Both the position numbers and the translations under genes were made by a program. From the NCBI GenBank assembly GCA_951406725.2, contig OX597821.1, positions 38,936,001 through 39,000,000 of the forward strand: 64,000 nt of DNA, read 5' to 3'. Below are positions 12,222 through 25,247 of the stretch, piece by piece; the stretch's first letter is position 1, and each line of letters starts with the position of its first letter. Origin of the DNA: Octopus vulgaris (taxonomy: Eukaryota). The notes under the pieces were generated by a model that saw only the letters and a list, made by a program, of their open reading frames with translations, ran no database searches and had not been told where the DNA came from.

Positions 12222-14520
12222 CACATAATATTGTCATCCAGGAAAGCAAACACAGAGTTATCCATCAACGGAATTTATAGCTTGAGAGATAACTCCTTAC
12301 AGCCATAGGCATTAAATACTAATTGATGCAGTTAGCCAAAACCTGGAACATAACTGGGAGCTACCATGGTATCCACCTGGATAATATATCCTCCTAAGCT
12401 CAGATTAACATATATGAGAGGTGTCTCTCAGTTTCTGCCTACCAGATTCACAAGGCAGTGATCAGTGATGGGCTATGGTAGAAAATAGTTGTGCAACACA
12501 CCACAAAGGATGTATATATTTATACGTGTATATCTGTGTGTGTATGATAGAGTAGAATAAATGGCTATCAAGCTACTGTACACTTAAACATTTATGAGGA
12601 AACAAAACTGTACACACACACGTTTATAACTCAATTCTATGTTATATAATATGAAGATGTTTATATTGTCTTTTTAAATACTATCATCATCATCATCATA
12701 ATTCTGAAAGCCTTTAGTATTTTTTCTGTTGAATTTTACAAAAAAAGAAAAAAATTCAAAAAATTGTTGGTGATAACAATATTTTGCCATTTTGATTTAG
12801 AAATTATTTTTTATTATTGTTGATGTTGTTGTGATTATTAAATAAATTTGTGACTAAACCGTCCTGATAAATAAATCTTTTACAACCAAGTTTTGCGAAC
12901 ATTTCTCTTTGCTTTTCTCATTCAATAAACACTCGTAAAGAAAAAAATAAATAATAATAATAAAAAAAAACTTCTCGCTGATTATTTTCTGAAAATATCC
13001 TGTAAATACAACACTTTGAGTTGAAGACAGGAGACTGACTGTAAATATTGGTTTAGGCATTGAGAAAAACCAATGGAATAAGATGAAAATAGACAGACAG
13101 GTGCGAGAGTGAGATAGAGACAAACACAACAACAACAATCTGAAACAGTGTTTGGTACATTATAGTTTGTTGTTGCTGAAAATATACAAGATAGGTGATA
13201 TAGTTGTTGTTGTTGATATATGTTTTTTTTTGTGTTCAGAAAATTTTTGTCTGCATTATACTGTGTTATTTTTTTTTTTTCAACAGTGGACTAGGATAGT
13301 TTTCACATTTATTCTGTTTTACAAGAATCTCATGAAAATATTGGATTTGTAGTTTGTTTACAGGTTGTATATTTTGTATATTGCGTGTATACTTTTTAAC
13401 AAGTGCCAAAGGCAAAGCATTTTGCACTATTTACTGAAGTTTCTTCTTCCAACAAATGCCATGCACCTATGCTACCATGGATAAAATGAGATACAACAAC
13501 AAAGTTTACTCCACTAGTAAAATGATGGAGAAACCTTTGTTAAACTGATTGCAGCGATGAAGATTTAGGTGTAGAATACATCTACATTGGGTCTTATTAT
13601 TCCATTTGTTACCCATTGCTCTCACTTCTATTTACTGTACCATGATGGCTGCGTAAAGATTGAAGTTATTTGACCTATCCATATTCAGTTTCGTCCACTG
13701 CCATTCTTTATCCATCTCCTCTACTAATTTCATGTTTCTTCTGTCGTAACAAATGTGCAAAGTAGATAGGGATCTATCTGTATCCTCTAACCCTTAACAT
13801 GCCCTTCTTTACTGCTAGTCATCATACTCTATTAGCAATATCCATCTCTTGTTACCGTCCCACCATGTACCTCATGCTGAATTCCGAATTACTTTACCAA
13901 ATAACAACCAATATATATATATATGTTCATACACACACACTCACAAGGAAATTAAATGAGAGACCCTGATAAGAAACTATCACTTTCAGTCTGCCATCAT
14001 TGTCTCTCCTCCAGTCCTCCCTCACTTATTATTCCATTTACCTCATCACACATGTTCATATAATTTCTTTCACCATCTTATTCATCACCCCTCTTCTATT
14101 TACTCTCTCAGTTAGATTTGTTTTGAATTATTTATGACAATGTATAGCATAGCAAACTTGTTAGACAGGGACAAAACAAGGAAACCTCTCTAATGCTGGT
14201 TTCATGGTAAAACCACACCCAGTGCACTCTGTAAAGTCATTGGTGAATGAAAAGAGGCTACACAGGTTAGAGAGAACTCTTTAGTTGGGTGAAGGACATG
14301 ACAGCTTCTCTAGTGATCATCTCATGATAAGATGCACTCAGTATATGATATAAAGTAGTTGGTGTTAGGAAGAGCATCCAACTGTAGAAAATCTGATCAA
14401 AACAGGTATATAGTTGCATTTATGTATATTCATTTATGTATATACTTCGATGTATGCATGTGTGAGTATATATGTGTGTGTGTGTGTATATATATATATT
14501 GATATATATATATACATATA

Positions 14521-14739
14521 TAATTTAATAGTGGCCAAAGCAGTATTAAAAACAAAAATAATGTTTATTCCCACTTAAAAGTGATATTAATATGAGTGCT
14601 TGTATGCAGCACAAGCCCATACAAAGGGTTCTCTCATGGCAAATAACACAGTATACAGTGTTCTAACACAAAATCCACTTTTAAGTGGAAGATGAATATT
14701 ATCTTTTGGCATTAATACCACTTCTGTTGCAATTAACTA
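14521..14739. mobile_element. decayed MITE with ~60-bp imperfect TIRs
   Basis: gtattaa...ataatgtttattcccacttaaaagtg pairs with cacttttaagtggaagatgaatattat...ttaatac. Confidence 0.55.
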
Positions 14740-15054
14740 TTCTTTAGTAAAGCCACTGGATATTTGCAACATCAGTGCTTGAATAGACGCCAAGATTTTG
14801 CATGTATTTCAGACAGAGAAATTGCTGCTACATCTAGCCTCAGGCATCTGCCATTGGCAAGGCCAAAATCACATGATTTGGCAGTCCTAGTAGTGATAGT
14901 AAGGAATTATCTCCCACAAGCAATATAAGCATGACTTCTTATATGCATCACAACTTCATACAAGAGGTTTTCTCAGGACAAATGATGCAGTATTCTGTGT
15001 TCTAACATAACATCTACTTGTAAGTGGCAGATAAATATTACAAATATTACCTTT

Positions 15055-15088
<34 letters not shown>

Positions 15089-15277
15089 CTTGAAATAAGG
15101 AGTAGATGGAAAGCCGACAACTAATGAAGGGTCGTTCTTTATGTTACTAGTCTTGTTTTCTATTTCTTTCTCTCGTTGCTCGCATACCGAAGTTTGTCTT
15201 CCTATTTCATGTTTACGTTTTGTGACTTCCTGTACCAATATAAAAAACAAACAATGTGCATGTGTTAAATTTAAAAT

Positions 15278-16418
15278 ATTTCTTTCAAGCCTATGCATGT
15301 CCTCAGCAGTCACAGCCCATGTTTCACTGCCGTGAAGCATGGCAGTTTGCACACATGCATCGTACAATCTACCTTTCACTCTGAACGAGAGAACCTTTGT
15401 CACCAGCAGGGGTAAAAGTTTTCTAAACTTTGCCCAGGCTATTCTTATTCTAGTGGTGACACTCTCTGAGCATCCACCCCTACTACTAACTTGGTCACCT
15501 GGGTAGTGGAAGCTATCAACTACTTTTAGTTTCTTCCCTTGGAGTGTGATGGAATCTGTTTTCTGAGCATCTGTGATTACCCCTGTGCATCTGCTGCACA
15601 CAAAAGCTATCTGCCTGGTTAATCTTCCTTTGATATTGCTGCACCTCTTATGTGTCCATAGTTTACACTGGGTACATCTTATGGAGTTTCTACCTATACC
15701 TTTTCTACAGATCGAGCAGGGCCACCTACCTGAAGGGGTGTGTGGTGTGTTTGCCTTCCTACTTACTAGAACTTTGGTCTTTGCTACATTGACTCTAAAG
15801 CCTTTTGATTCTAAACTTTGCTTCCACATCCAAAATTTCTTCTCTAGTTCTGGTAGTGATTCTGCTATGGGAGCCAGGTCATCAGCATAGAGGAGCTCCC
15901 AGGGGCAACGCATCTTGAATTTTTCTGTTATTGCTTGGAGGACTATGATGAATAAAAGGGGACTGAGGGCTGATCCTTGGTGGACCCTTACTTCTACCTG
16001 GAATTCTTCACTATACTCACTGCCAATCCTAACCTTACTAATGACCTCTCTGTATAGGGCCTGTACAGCCCTTATTAACCATTCATCAACCCCAGTTTCC
16101 ACATTGCCCTCCAGATAAGGGATAAGGGGCCCTGTCAAAGGCCTTCTCTAAGTCCACAAAAGCTAAGTACAGGAGTTTATCTTTAGCTAGGTATTTCTCC
16201 TGCAGTTGTCGAACCAGGAATATAGCATCAGTGGTGCTTCTACCTGGCACAAAACCGAACTGCATCTCATCTAAGCAGACTCTCTCCCTAATGAGATGGG
16301 CTATGACCCTCTCCGTGACCTTTATCACCTGATCCAGCAGTTTGATACCACTGTAGTTATTTCTATCACCTTTATCCTTGTAGCAGTTGACTATGGTGCT
16401 GCTACGCCAGACATTAGG
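15278..16418 (-). mobile_element. RTE-clade LINE fragment (RT domain, frameshifted, truncated at both ends)
   Basis: ORFs 16086-16328 and 15047-16138: QFGFVPGRSTTDAIF, FVDLEKAFD, HQGSALSPLLF, LLYADDL, MLHGSETW. Confidence 0.95.
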
Positions 16419-16583
16419 TTATATATATATATATATATATATATTATATTTATATATAATATATATATTATATATGTATATATATTATTTATTATTTAAT
16501 TGAATGTGATGTATCCATTTCCAAGTATGTATGTGTATTTGTGTATGTGTAATACATATATATATATATATCTGTAGTACATA

Positions 16584-16616
<33 letters not shown>

Positions 16617-16968
16617 CACCAGTAAAAAATATAAAACCAGGAGAAGCACACTCTAAGATATAAAGCAGTATTTGGGATCTGACAATACGCCATAAAGCTA
16701 AACCTTTTATGTATGGGAACCCTAAGGTAATCCAGTAAACCTGCCTTCCCCATTTTTAATACACACACACACACACACACACACATATTTATACATATAA
16801 CATGCATACATATATTACTGACTGCACAAACTCAGTGTATGTATGGTCAATAATCTTTGCAAAACTAGTGCTACTTTTAATTTATACTTGAATCATCATT
16901 GTCGTCGTCATCGTTTCACACACACACATGCACACACCCACACACATATATGTACATGTTTGTATATA

Positions 16969-18623
16969 CAGTTGCGGCCAAAATATTCAGAACGGCATTG
17001 TTTTCGTCAGAAAAGTAGATATGATTTTTTATCAAAGTTGTTTTATATTCTAGAATTTTCACAGACAATAAATACGATATTATTTGTTATTGTCTGAGAT
17101 TTTGGTGTAACTTGAGAGGATAATACAAAAGTTATGGATGATTTATCGATTTACAGCAAAACCTATTGCGGCCAAAATGATCAGAACGGTTGCTTTTACT
17201 CCATGTTTTAACATATTTAACTAGTGAACTCTAATGTTTTGAATTTGTTTACGTGACGGTTCATTTACTAAACACGCCTTAAGAATATCTGCAGTGTACT
17301 TTGTTAATATAATGCCATTTACTCCGTTACCAATTCGTCAGCAGATTATTAAGCTTTGAAAGAAGGATAATTTAAGTATTGGGTCTATTGCAAAGTTTGT
17401 TAACAAGTCAAAAAGCGTTGTTCACAGTATTCTTAAGGTCTACGATGATTGTGGTTCATGTGAAGCAAGAAAGTCTACAGGTAGGCCAAGAAAAACAACC
17501 AAGAGAGAAGATCATGCTATGGTAAAGTTGGTTAAAAAGGACAGATTTAAAACTGCTGCTGCTGCTGTATCTCGGGAAATGAGCATTGTACTAAAGAAAA
17601 CTTTATCTCGAAAAACTGTGTCTCGTCGTTTAGTTGAACATGACCTACAAGCAAGAGCACCTGCAGTGAAGCCATTGATCAGCTCCAACAATAAAAAGTG
17701 TCGTCTTACCTTTGCAACCGAACATGTGTTGTGGTCTCAAGAAAAATGGTAAGCGGTGCATTTCAGTGATGAATCTAAGTCTATGTTATTTGGCTCAGAT
17801 GGGAAAAGGTACGTTCGTCGAAAAACAGGGGAAAAATTGTTGCCTAAATGCCTTAAGACTAGTGTTAAATTCGGTGGAGGAAGTATCATGGTTTGGGGGA
17901 TGATATCTGGAGATGTTGTGGGCCCTTTGGTACGATTACATGGAAAGGTAAATGCAGGAGTTTATAAACAACTTGTAAAAGATCATGTCTTGCCTGTGCT
18001 GAGAAATTCAACTAAGCGACCACCCATATTCATGCAGGACAATGCCCCATGTCACAAGGCTAAGGCGGTCATGAACTTCCTCAAAGCTGAAAAGGTTATT
18101 GTTATGGACTGGCCTGCTCAAAGCCCAGATCTCAATCCTATTGAAAACATGTGCTGGAGTCGGAAAGACAACATCCAGGTCTCCTGGAGAACGTTCGGAA
18201 GCCAGAAATCCTAAAACAACCGAGCAATTATGGAATGCCCTTCAGGAAGAATGGAACAAGATCACCCAGCAAGAAATTGAAAATTTAATTTCCTCATGCA
18301 GTCGAAGATATCAAAGTTTGATTGAAGCTAAAGGGCTTCACACTAAATATGAAATAATTCCAGCATTCTCTGTCATTTTTGATTATTTTGTTATTTTTTC
18401 AACCGTTCTGATCATTTTGGCCACCATGGGTTTTGCACTAAATCACTATATCATCCATAACTTTTGTATTATTCACTCCAATTACACCAAAATCTCAGAC
18501 AATACCAATTAATATTGTATTTATTGTCTGTGAAAATTATAGAATATAAAATAACTTTGATAAAAACTTATACCTACTTTTTTGACGAAAACAATGCCGT
18601 TCTGAACATTTTGGCCGCAACTG
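16969..18623 (+). mobile_element. Tc1-family DNA transposon, IR/DR type, 1,655 bp
   Basis: TA|CAGTTGCGGCC...GGCCGCAACTG|TA; ~224-bp TIRs (16969-17192, 18400-18623), each with two gcggccaaaatNNtcagaacgg direct repeats. Confidence 0.95.
17312..18353 (+). pseudogene. Tc1 DD34E transposase pseudogene
   Basis: ATG 17312; GRPRKTT, FSDES, QDNAPCH, WPAQSPDLNPIEN with 34 residues between D and E; in-frame stops near 17357 and 17750; frameshifting insertion near 18152. Confidence 0.93.
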
Positions 18624-18839
18624 TATATTACTGACTGCAAATACTCAGTGTATGTATGGTCAATAATCTTTGCAAAACTAGTGCTACTTTTAATTTGTAT
18701 TTGAATCATCATTGTCGTCGTCATCGTTTCACACACACACACACACATGCACACACACACACATACACACACCCACACACATATGTACATGTTTGTATAT
18801 ATATATATGTGTGTGTGTGAGAGCGTCTGTATCACAGTG

Positions 18840-19040
18840 TTTCTGTCTCTGCTATGTTTTATGTTTACATCTAAAATTGGTTCAATTCATGGCAGTGTCT
18901 CTTAATGCCATGTAACTTAACAGTTTGATAATAAAAGATCGATAAAATAAATATCAGTCTGAAATGATTATTGGTGTCGATACTTAAAGGCAATGCCCTG
19001 GCTTGGCTGCAGTCCCATCACTGAAAGAAGTAAAAGAATA
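18840..19040 (+). mobile_element. SINE family A tail fragment
   Basis: ggcaatgccctggcttggctgcagtcccatcactgaaagaagtaaaagaat resembles tail type 1. Confidence 0.55.
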
Positions 19041-19699
19041 AATGATATTATTGAATTAGTCTAAAGCACAAAATTATTATATTTATGCTATATTTACTGA
19101 AATTGTTATTATTAGAAAAATATGAGAGAAATATTAAAAAATTATTTCTGTTTTAACAAAATATATTTTTGATGTCTTGTATTGGTACAAAGATGCAAAT
19201 TTCTTGGAGAGCAATAATGTTCTTGTCCAATATTTAATTTACCAATTCTAAAGAGATGAAAGCAATGTCAATCCTGATAGTTGTGGAGTCAGAAAATAGA
19301 GAGAGAAGCCAGACTCTGTAAGGATTTTAAATGGGAGCAAACATATTGATTAGCACAATCCAATTTTTGATGTTTGCAATACAAATATGGTGAGGTAATG
19401 GGAACATGAAGGAAATAACCAATAATATTTTAAAATCATTTCAACAAGTATGGTACACAAGTCTGGAATGTTTTGGTTGTATTAGATCTCTCCATCAAAG
19501 CAGAGACCTAAGTGTTCTTGCGAAAATAGGGACAATGAAATTACACCAAAGAATTGTAGTATTGTAACCTGTGTAGTTGGGGAAAATGAGTAAATTTAGA
19601 AAAAGACTTCACCAACAATCTGAAAAGTATATTAATTATACACAGGACGACCATTGTTATGTTCGCAATTGTTGGAGCAGAGATAGATTTTTATGGCTA

Positions 19700-19870
19700 G
19701 AATTGTATGAACAAGGTTAGAGTTTAATGAAATTAGTTCTGAAGGAATCATTATTTCTAACATTGATATGAGGCTACAAATTGAAAAGGGGTGCAAGCAA
19801 AGTAAATCCCCTACACTGTTTAATTGGCACATTAACATTGATGGGCTGAAAGATAAAGTTACTCTCAGCA
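19700..19870 (+). mobile_element. very old non-LTR retrotransposon RT remnant
   Basis: Frame from 19741 reads ...QIEKGCKQSKSPTLFN, resembling the RT motif GxxQGxxLSPxLFN. Confidence 0.4.
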
Positions 19871-21687
19871 GAATAAGCATAGTTTAAGGTGCAACTAAAT
19901 AATGCAGAACATTTGGTCCTGCTTTGTATCAGTTCTGCAGCTGTATTGATCTTTTAATACTTACCAAACAGATAGCATCACCAACTGCAACTAACAATCC
20001 AACGTATTATACATGATTATATTTAAGGTCACCTTCAGAGATTCATAACTGTACAAATATATTTTTTTCATGACAAACACTATTCTGTGGCAATATTTCT
20101 GAGGTTTAGATGTTGCATTTGCGTTTGGATTCTTAGGAAAAGTGATGAATATCACAAAATCCTCATTCCAGCCCAACTACTCATCTTCCTGTTCCCCTTG
20201 AAAAGTTACAAGATATATTGATTAAATTTAAAAGTCTATCCTGCTTGTGGAGTTGATTAATTCAGCGTATTCCATAGACGTTTCTCACTGACAATATCAC
20301 ATGTTGAGTTATCTGCTGTTAAAGAGAAGATCTAATGCCATTGGTAATATCAGAAGTAGTATAAATGTTCCAGCATATATTATTCTCCGGGGCATATATC
20401 AGAGTATATACTGCAGATATATTTCGTATTAATTACATGAAGGGGTATTTAAGTACATGTAACAGACTACTGACTGAACTTCGTTACTTTTGTCATTGCT
20501 GGATTACTATTGTCCAATTTACAAAATGTTACTGCTGCTGGTAGAGATAATGAGAATTATGTGGATGACGACGCTAACGATGGCGGGGATGATATTTATA
20601 GATCCACACCTCTGTTACTGTATTCGAAATATAATTCAACTGATGGATACATTTGTATAAATAGATGAATATGAAGAAACTGAATTCCTCCTTGTTGTTG
20701 CTGCCGAAATGTTTGCAATCATATTGAACAATGTGGTGAACAAATATCTGCAGGGACAGGGCCTTCTACTACCGACTCATAAGGTTTTAAGTTCAATTCC
20801 ATTAGCAGGTATTTGAATATGACTAAATATTATATCCTATTTCATCTCGTTATCAGATATTAGTACTTTGTTAATGGAGTGTAAACTAGGTGCCATGAAA
20901 ATAATTATTCATGTATACAGCACTACGTTATGAAAAGTGTTCTTATGATGGAAAAGTACGATTTAAAGGGGATTTGATATAATTTCACACCTTACCTGGC
21001 AAACAGCTTGAAAATGCAGATAAATTTAACTAGTGAGTCAAAGACTTCTCAATTTAGTCTATATTTAACTTTAAATAAAAGCTAACAACAATAGTGTGTG
21101 TCTGTGTGTCTCTAACTACAGAAGTACACAACAACACTGCACTGTTCCATTATAATTGATGAGGCAAATCTTCTACTACAAGATTTCCATCTAAGTAATC
21201 TACAGTTACTGAGTTTAGTTTCCTCTTCTTTTTTCTCGTTTCATGTCCAATGCCAAATGTCCTATACCAAATTTCAAAGTTTCTTTTCTGCTTAATTTTC
21301 CATTCAGTTAATCACATCTGCCTCAAAAACTTATTATTATTTCTTCCAATATTAGCCTATTCTTATTTCAAATTCAGATTGTTACTCTAATTGATTAACC
21401 CCATGCCACCCCTTGTGCAAAAGACTATGACCAAAAGTGTTCCAACAACAACCATCCTATCTTATGTTTTTAGCCTAACTGTATCCATGCCTATGGTAAT
21501 TTGGTTGTTATTTCTAGCATGCTGGCTGACCATGTAGCCGTTTCTTCAATGACCTGAAATCCTTCTTGCATACAGAATGGGTAACTAATTAGTCTCCAAC
21601 CAAATGTGTTCCCAACAGGTGTGATTCTTAGACTTACATCCATTCTATATTCAAAGCATAAAAACCAAACTAGATTTATTGACAATA

Positions 21688-22403
21688 TCTATAAAGCTGA
21701 AATGCGAAAAAGTTATTTGATTTCTTGGTTATTTGTCTCATTTTGGGATAGGAACAGTTTAAGGGGCGGTAGATGGGGTCGGATTGGCAGCAAAATTTAC
21801 ACGGAGCGGGGCAATGGTGTGAAGAGGGTTGCAAGTCTCTCAGGGCTACCGTTTAGTAGCCATGGTGAGGAATAAGGGAAAAATTGAGTTTTACAGGATA
21901 GACAGGTTGCGCTGTTTGAATAATGGTGGCTTTTCGTGTTGCTGCAGGGGCTAGAAGGCAATTATCTTTAATTGTGGTTGTAAAAATTTGGGGAATTTTG
22001 GAAAGGGGGGTTAAATTTTTTAACTTTTAAAAAGAGTACATTTTTGCCCTATTTTTAGATATAATTTTTTTCTGTTTAGATTATTTGGTTGACATGGGTA
22101 AAATGGCATTGTGTTAAAGGCCAAAATCTTTCATTTGCTTTCATTTGCATCATGAACCATCAAAATATACCAGAAAAAAGTATCAAATTTCACAAAATTT
22201 TAAGTAATTTTGAATTATTTTTGTGATTTTATGTGCATGTGTAAGAGAAAGCAAGGTATAGTCCGAGAGAAAGGAAGAGTAAGAGAGTGGGAAAGTGAGA
22301 GAGAAACAAAGAGAGAGAATGTGGTGATAAGAAACAGAAAGGAAGCAACAGAAAGTAACAACCACACCCTCACCTGCGCATAAAGCAGGTCACCTTAAGC
22401 TAG
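21688..22403 (+). mobile_element. non-autonomous Helitron
   Basis: A|TCTATAAAGCTGAA start; 3' hairpin acctgc-gcataaa-gcaggt (22372-22390), 9 nt, then CTAG|T; no TSD. Confidence 0.7.
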
Positions 22404-24917
22404 TCTAATTAATGAAAGAAATTTGCTGCTGAGGATTTTGTCTGATTCCTTCAAGCTGTTGTCATCAGAATTATAAGCTAAAAAGGATTTTGTGCTTTAC
22501 CTTTGATCAAATTGTGCTAGAATTTGAAACTGTGTTAAAGACAAATCTCTGTTCACTGATATTTATTACTTTCACAATATTCTCTCAAGTCATACGAAGA
22601 CTAAAACAACTATTCACAGCTTTTGATGCTAATCCAAAGAGTTTCAGAGTACTGACCCACTATGTCAGCTTAACTTAATGATCCAAAAATTAATCTGGAA
22701 CATAAACAGGAAATCCCTGACAGTAAATGGTGAAGTTCTTCTCTACAGAACTGCTAGCCTCATTGACAAAAGTAAGAAGTTCAATTAAGTAACAATGATG
22801 GAATTAAAGTTATATTACCCAATTTCTCTTTGCTTGGTTTTCTGCTTATCTCCATAAACATTTTCCATTAAATGTTTATACAAGAAAATGTCAGAGATTT
22901 GAAACCCACACTTTCATTGTCAGGCAGATCGATAATTGCCATCTAATTTGAAACAGGTCTTAAGGCACTGATTAAGCATTTTCTATCTATTGAAGAATTG
23001 CTATTAAATTCGGTTCTCAGAGGTAATGAAAGTTACCACAAGTATGAGTTTATGTCACTGCTTGACATAACAACTGTTCGAACTATACTTAAAGTACTAT
23101 TTGAATTTAGAAAGAAAGCAAAACTACTATTCTTTATTCAGTCTATAAATCACATCCAAAACCAATTCGTTAAAATTGATAGGTTTGCGTTTTTTATGAC
23201 GTAGTGTCTCATTAGAAAATCCAAACAACTTCCTCTCCACGTGCTTCAGTTAATTGCATTCATAAATCCTTTAAGTATCTTCCTAACTGAATCCTTTTAA
23301 TTCTGTTGTATTGTTTCTTGCCGGAGAGTGTAAGAACAGTGAGATTTGTATTTTATGAATAACAGCCTGGCCTACCATTATCACAAGCCTGGCCCTTTAT
23401 TGCCTACTAAAAATCAGATTGAGAAATTTTATGCGCTATGGCATGAAAGTGTCAAGCAGCCTCTTAAGGAAACTCATGTCAGCAGAAAGTTCTTGCCAAT
23501 AACTGAAACAAAGTCAGACTAAGAGTTAATGATTAAAATTTGGTTTTAACATTTGAACATCACTTTCAATTAGGTCAGATTTCCACTGACGTCAAAATAA
23601 AACTATTCTCGGACAAAATAAAGTCAGCAGCTGCCCTCTAACAGTTAACGTCGGAAGATCAGATCAAATAGAATCAGAGGGTGCATTCATTAAGCAATAT
23701 ACTTACATTAGTCAAACTATTAATGCAGTTAATTCTAATAAGCCAAGAGGATTATTGATGCACACAAAGTGTGGTTTGTAATAAACATCTCTATACAAAA
23801 AGTAAATAAATTCCTGAATTATGATACTTCTGAAGACTTGTGCTAATCTATTTGATGCCAGAGAGTTAAGAGGTAAAAAATGATCCATCTTCCAATAATG
23901 AACAGTTGTTTGTCTCTTGAAGAAGTTATTGGTGTGGGTTATTCTGCAAGTAGATTAATATACACAGACAGAATAGGAACATAAAATACAAGATATCATC
24001 ACTAATGGAACATTTCAACATAGAATCACTACATGGGATTTTATTTAGAATTGTCTAATTCTCTACAGATGAAACACAGAAAATACCAATCTAAAAGGTA
24101 GATTAATAAATGAAGCATCAAAACTAATTATTTAAAGAAATTACTTTGCTAGTCTGTCAGATTTCTTTGGATAAACCCACCCACCACTATTTAGTTATGT
24201 ATTTACAATGAATTGACCATTTAGAATGCAAAATTCAGATAATTTCTTGTACCTCGCTTGCTCAACCAAAGACTCACTGGTTTATATTTTGACGTTGCAT
24301 TCCTCTTTATCTCATGATTGTCTTATACTTACATGCTTAATAAATATCGTCGTTATGCATTATGAGTTCTCATACCAGCTGTGATTGATTGTTTTTGCAG
24401 TCAGCCCTAAAGGTCAAGGAATTATCAGAAGTGTGTGCTAATTAATCAAACAGGGACAGAACCATGCTGCATTATTTATGATTCTAACCAGTGAAAGTAC
24501 AAGATATTGAAACGGTGTGTGTGTGTGTGACTTCAATATATGATGCATTTCGGTCTGAATTCACTGGACATATTGAGAGTTATGGTCATAATGAATATTG
24601 GCATCTTCAAATATTGTTCACAGCAGCTGCAGATATTGCAGCTTTATATGATGATTTGACCAGTACAATATTAATGATATTAAGACCATGTGGCAGAGAT
24701 AAATGAGAAGAAATTGATCAAGGAAACAGGAACTTAGAGAGATATTGATAAGATGTAGTGAGGTAATATCTCAAATTTATATGAGAAGTGTCAACATGTA
24801 AAGGTGCAATTAAAAACACCTACTATGATAATAATTTTGACTTAATCCATTGCAGGCAGTTTCATTTATTCATGTTATCACTATATAATGATATATATAC
24901 CTTAATATAACACAGGA

Positions 24918-25110
24918 GATGATGGCAGCAAGCTGGTAGACATGTTAGCAGAGAATACAAGATGTTTTAGCAACATTTATGTTTTGAGTTCAAATTCTGC
25001 CATGGTTGACTTTTCCTTTCATCTTTCTGGGGTCAGTAAAGCAAGTGCCAGTTGAGAATCGACTTGACTACCTCCCCAAAAATTTTAGGTCCGGACCCTA
25101 TAATAAAACC
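24918..25110 (+). mobile_element. SINE family B (decayed)
   Basis: ggcagcaagctggtaga...gagttcaaattctgccatggttgacttttcctttcatctttctggggtc. Confidence 0.75.
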
Positions 25111-25188
25111 GAATATCACAGAGGAGGTGGAAGGGTTATTAGCTATAAACATTTTTAATAGCAGAAACTGAAAGAAGCCCATCATACA

Positions 25189-25206
25189 TCTATATCTACA
25201 AAATTC

Positions 25207-25247
<41 letters not shown>

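Larger units (their letters stand above)
16811..18801 (+). repeat. direct duplication of ~158 bp of flank around the Tc1 (16811-16968 and 18624-18801)
   Basis: tatattactgactgca...ctttgcaaaactagtgctac...tgtacatgtttgtatata on both sides; differences are a few substitutions and (CA)n length. Confidence 0.93.
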
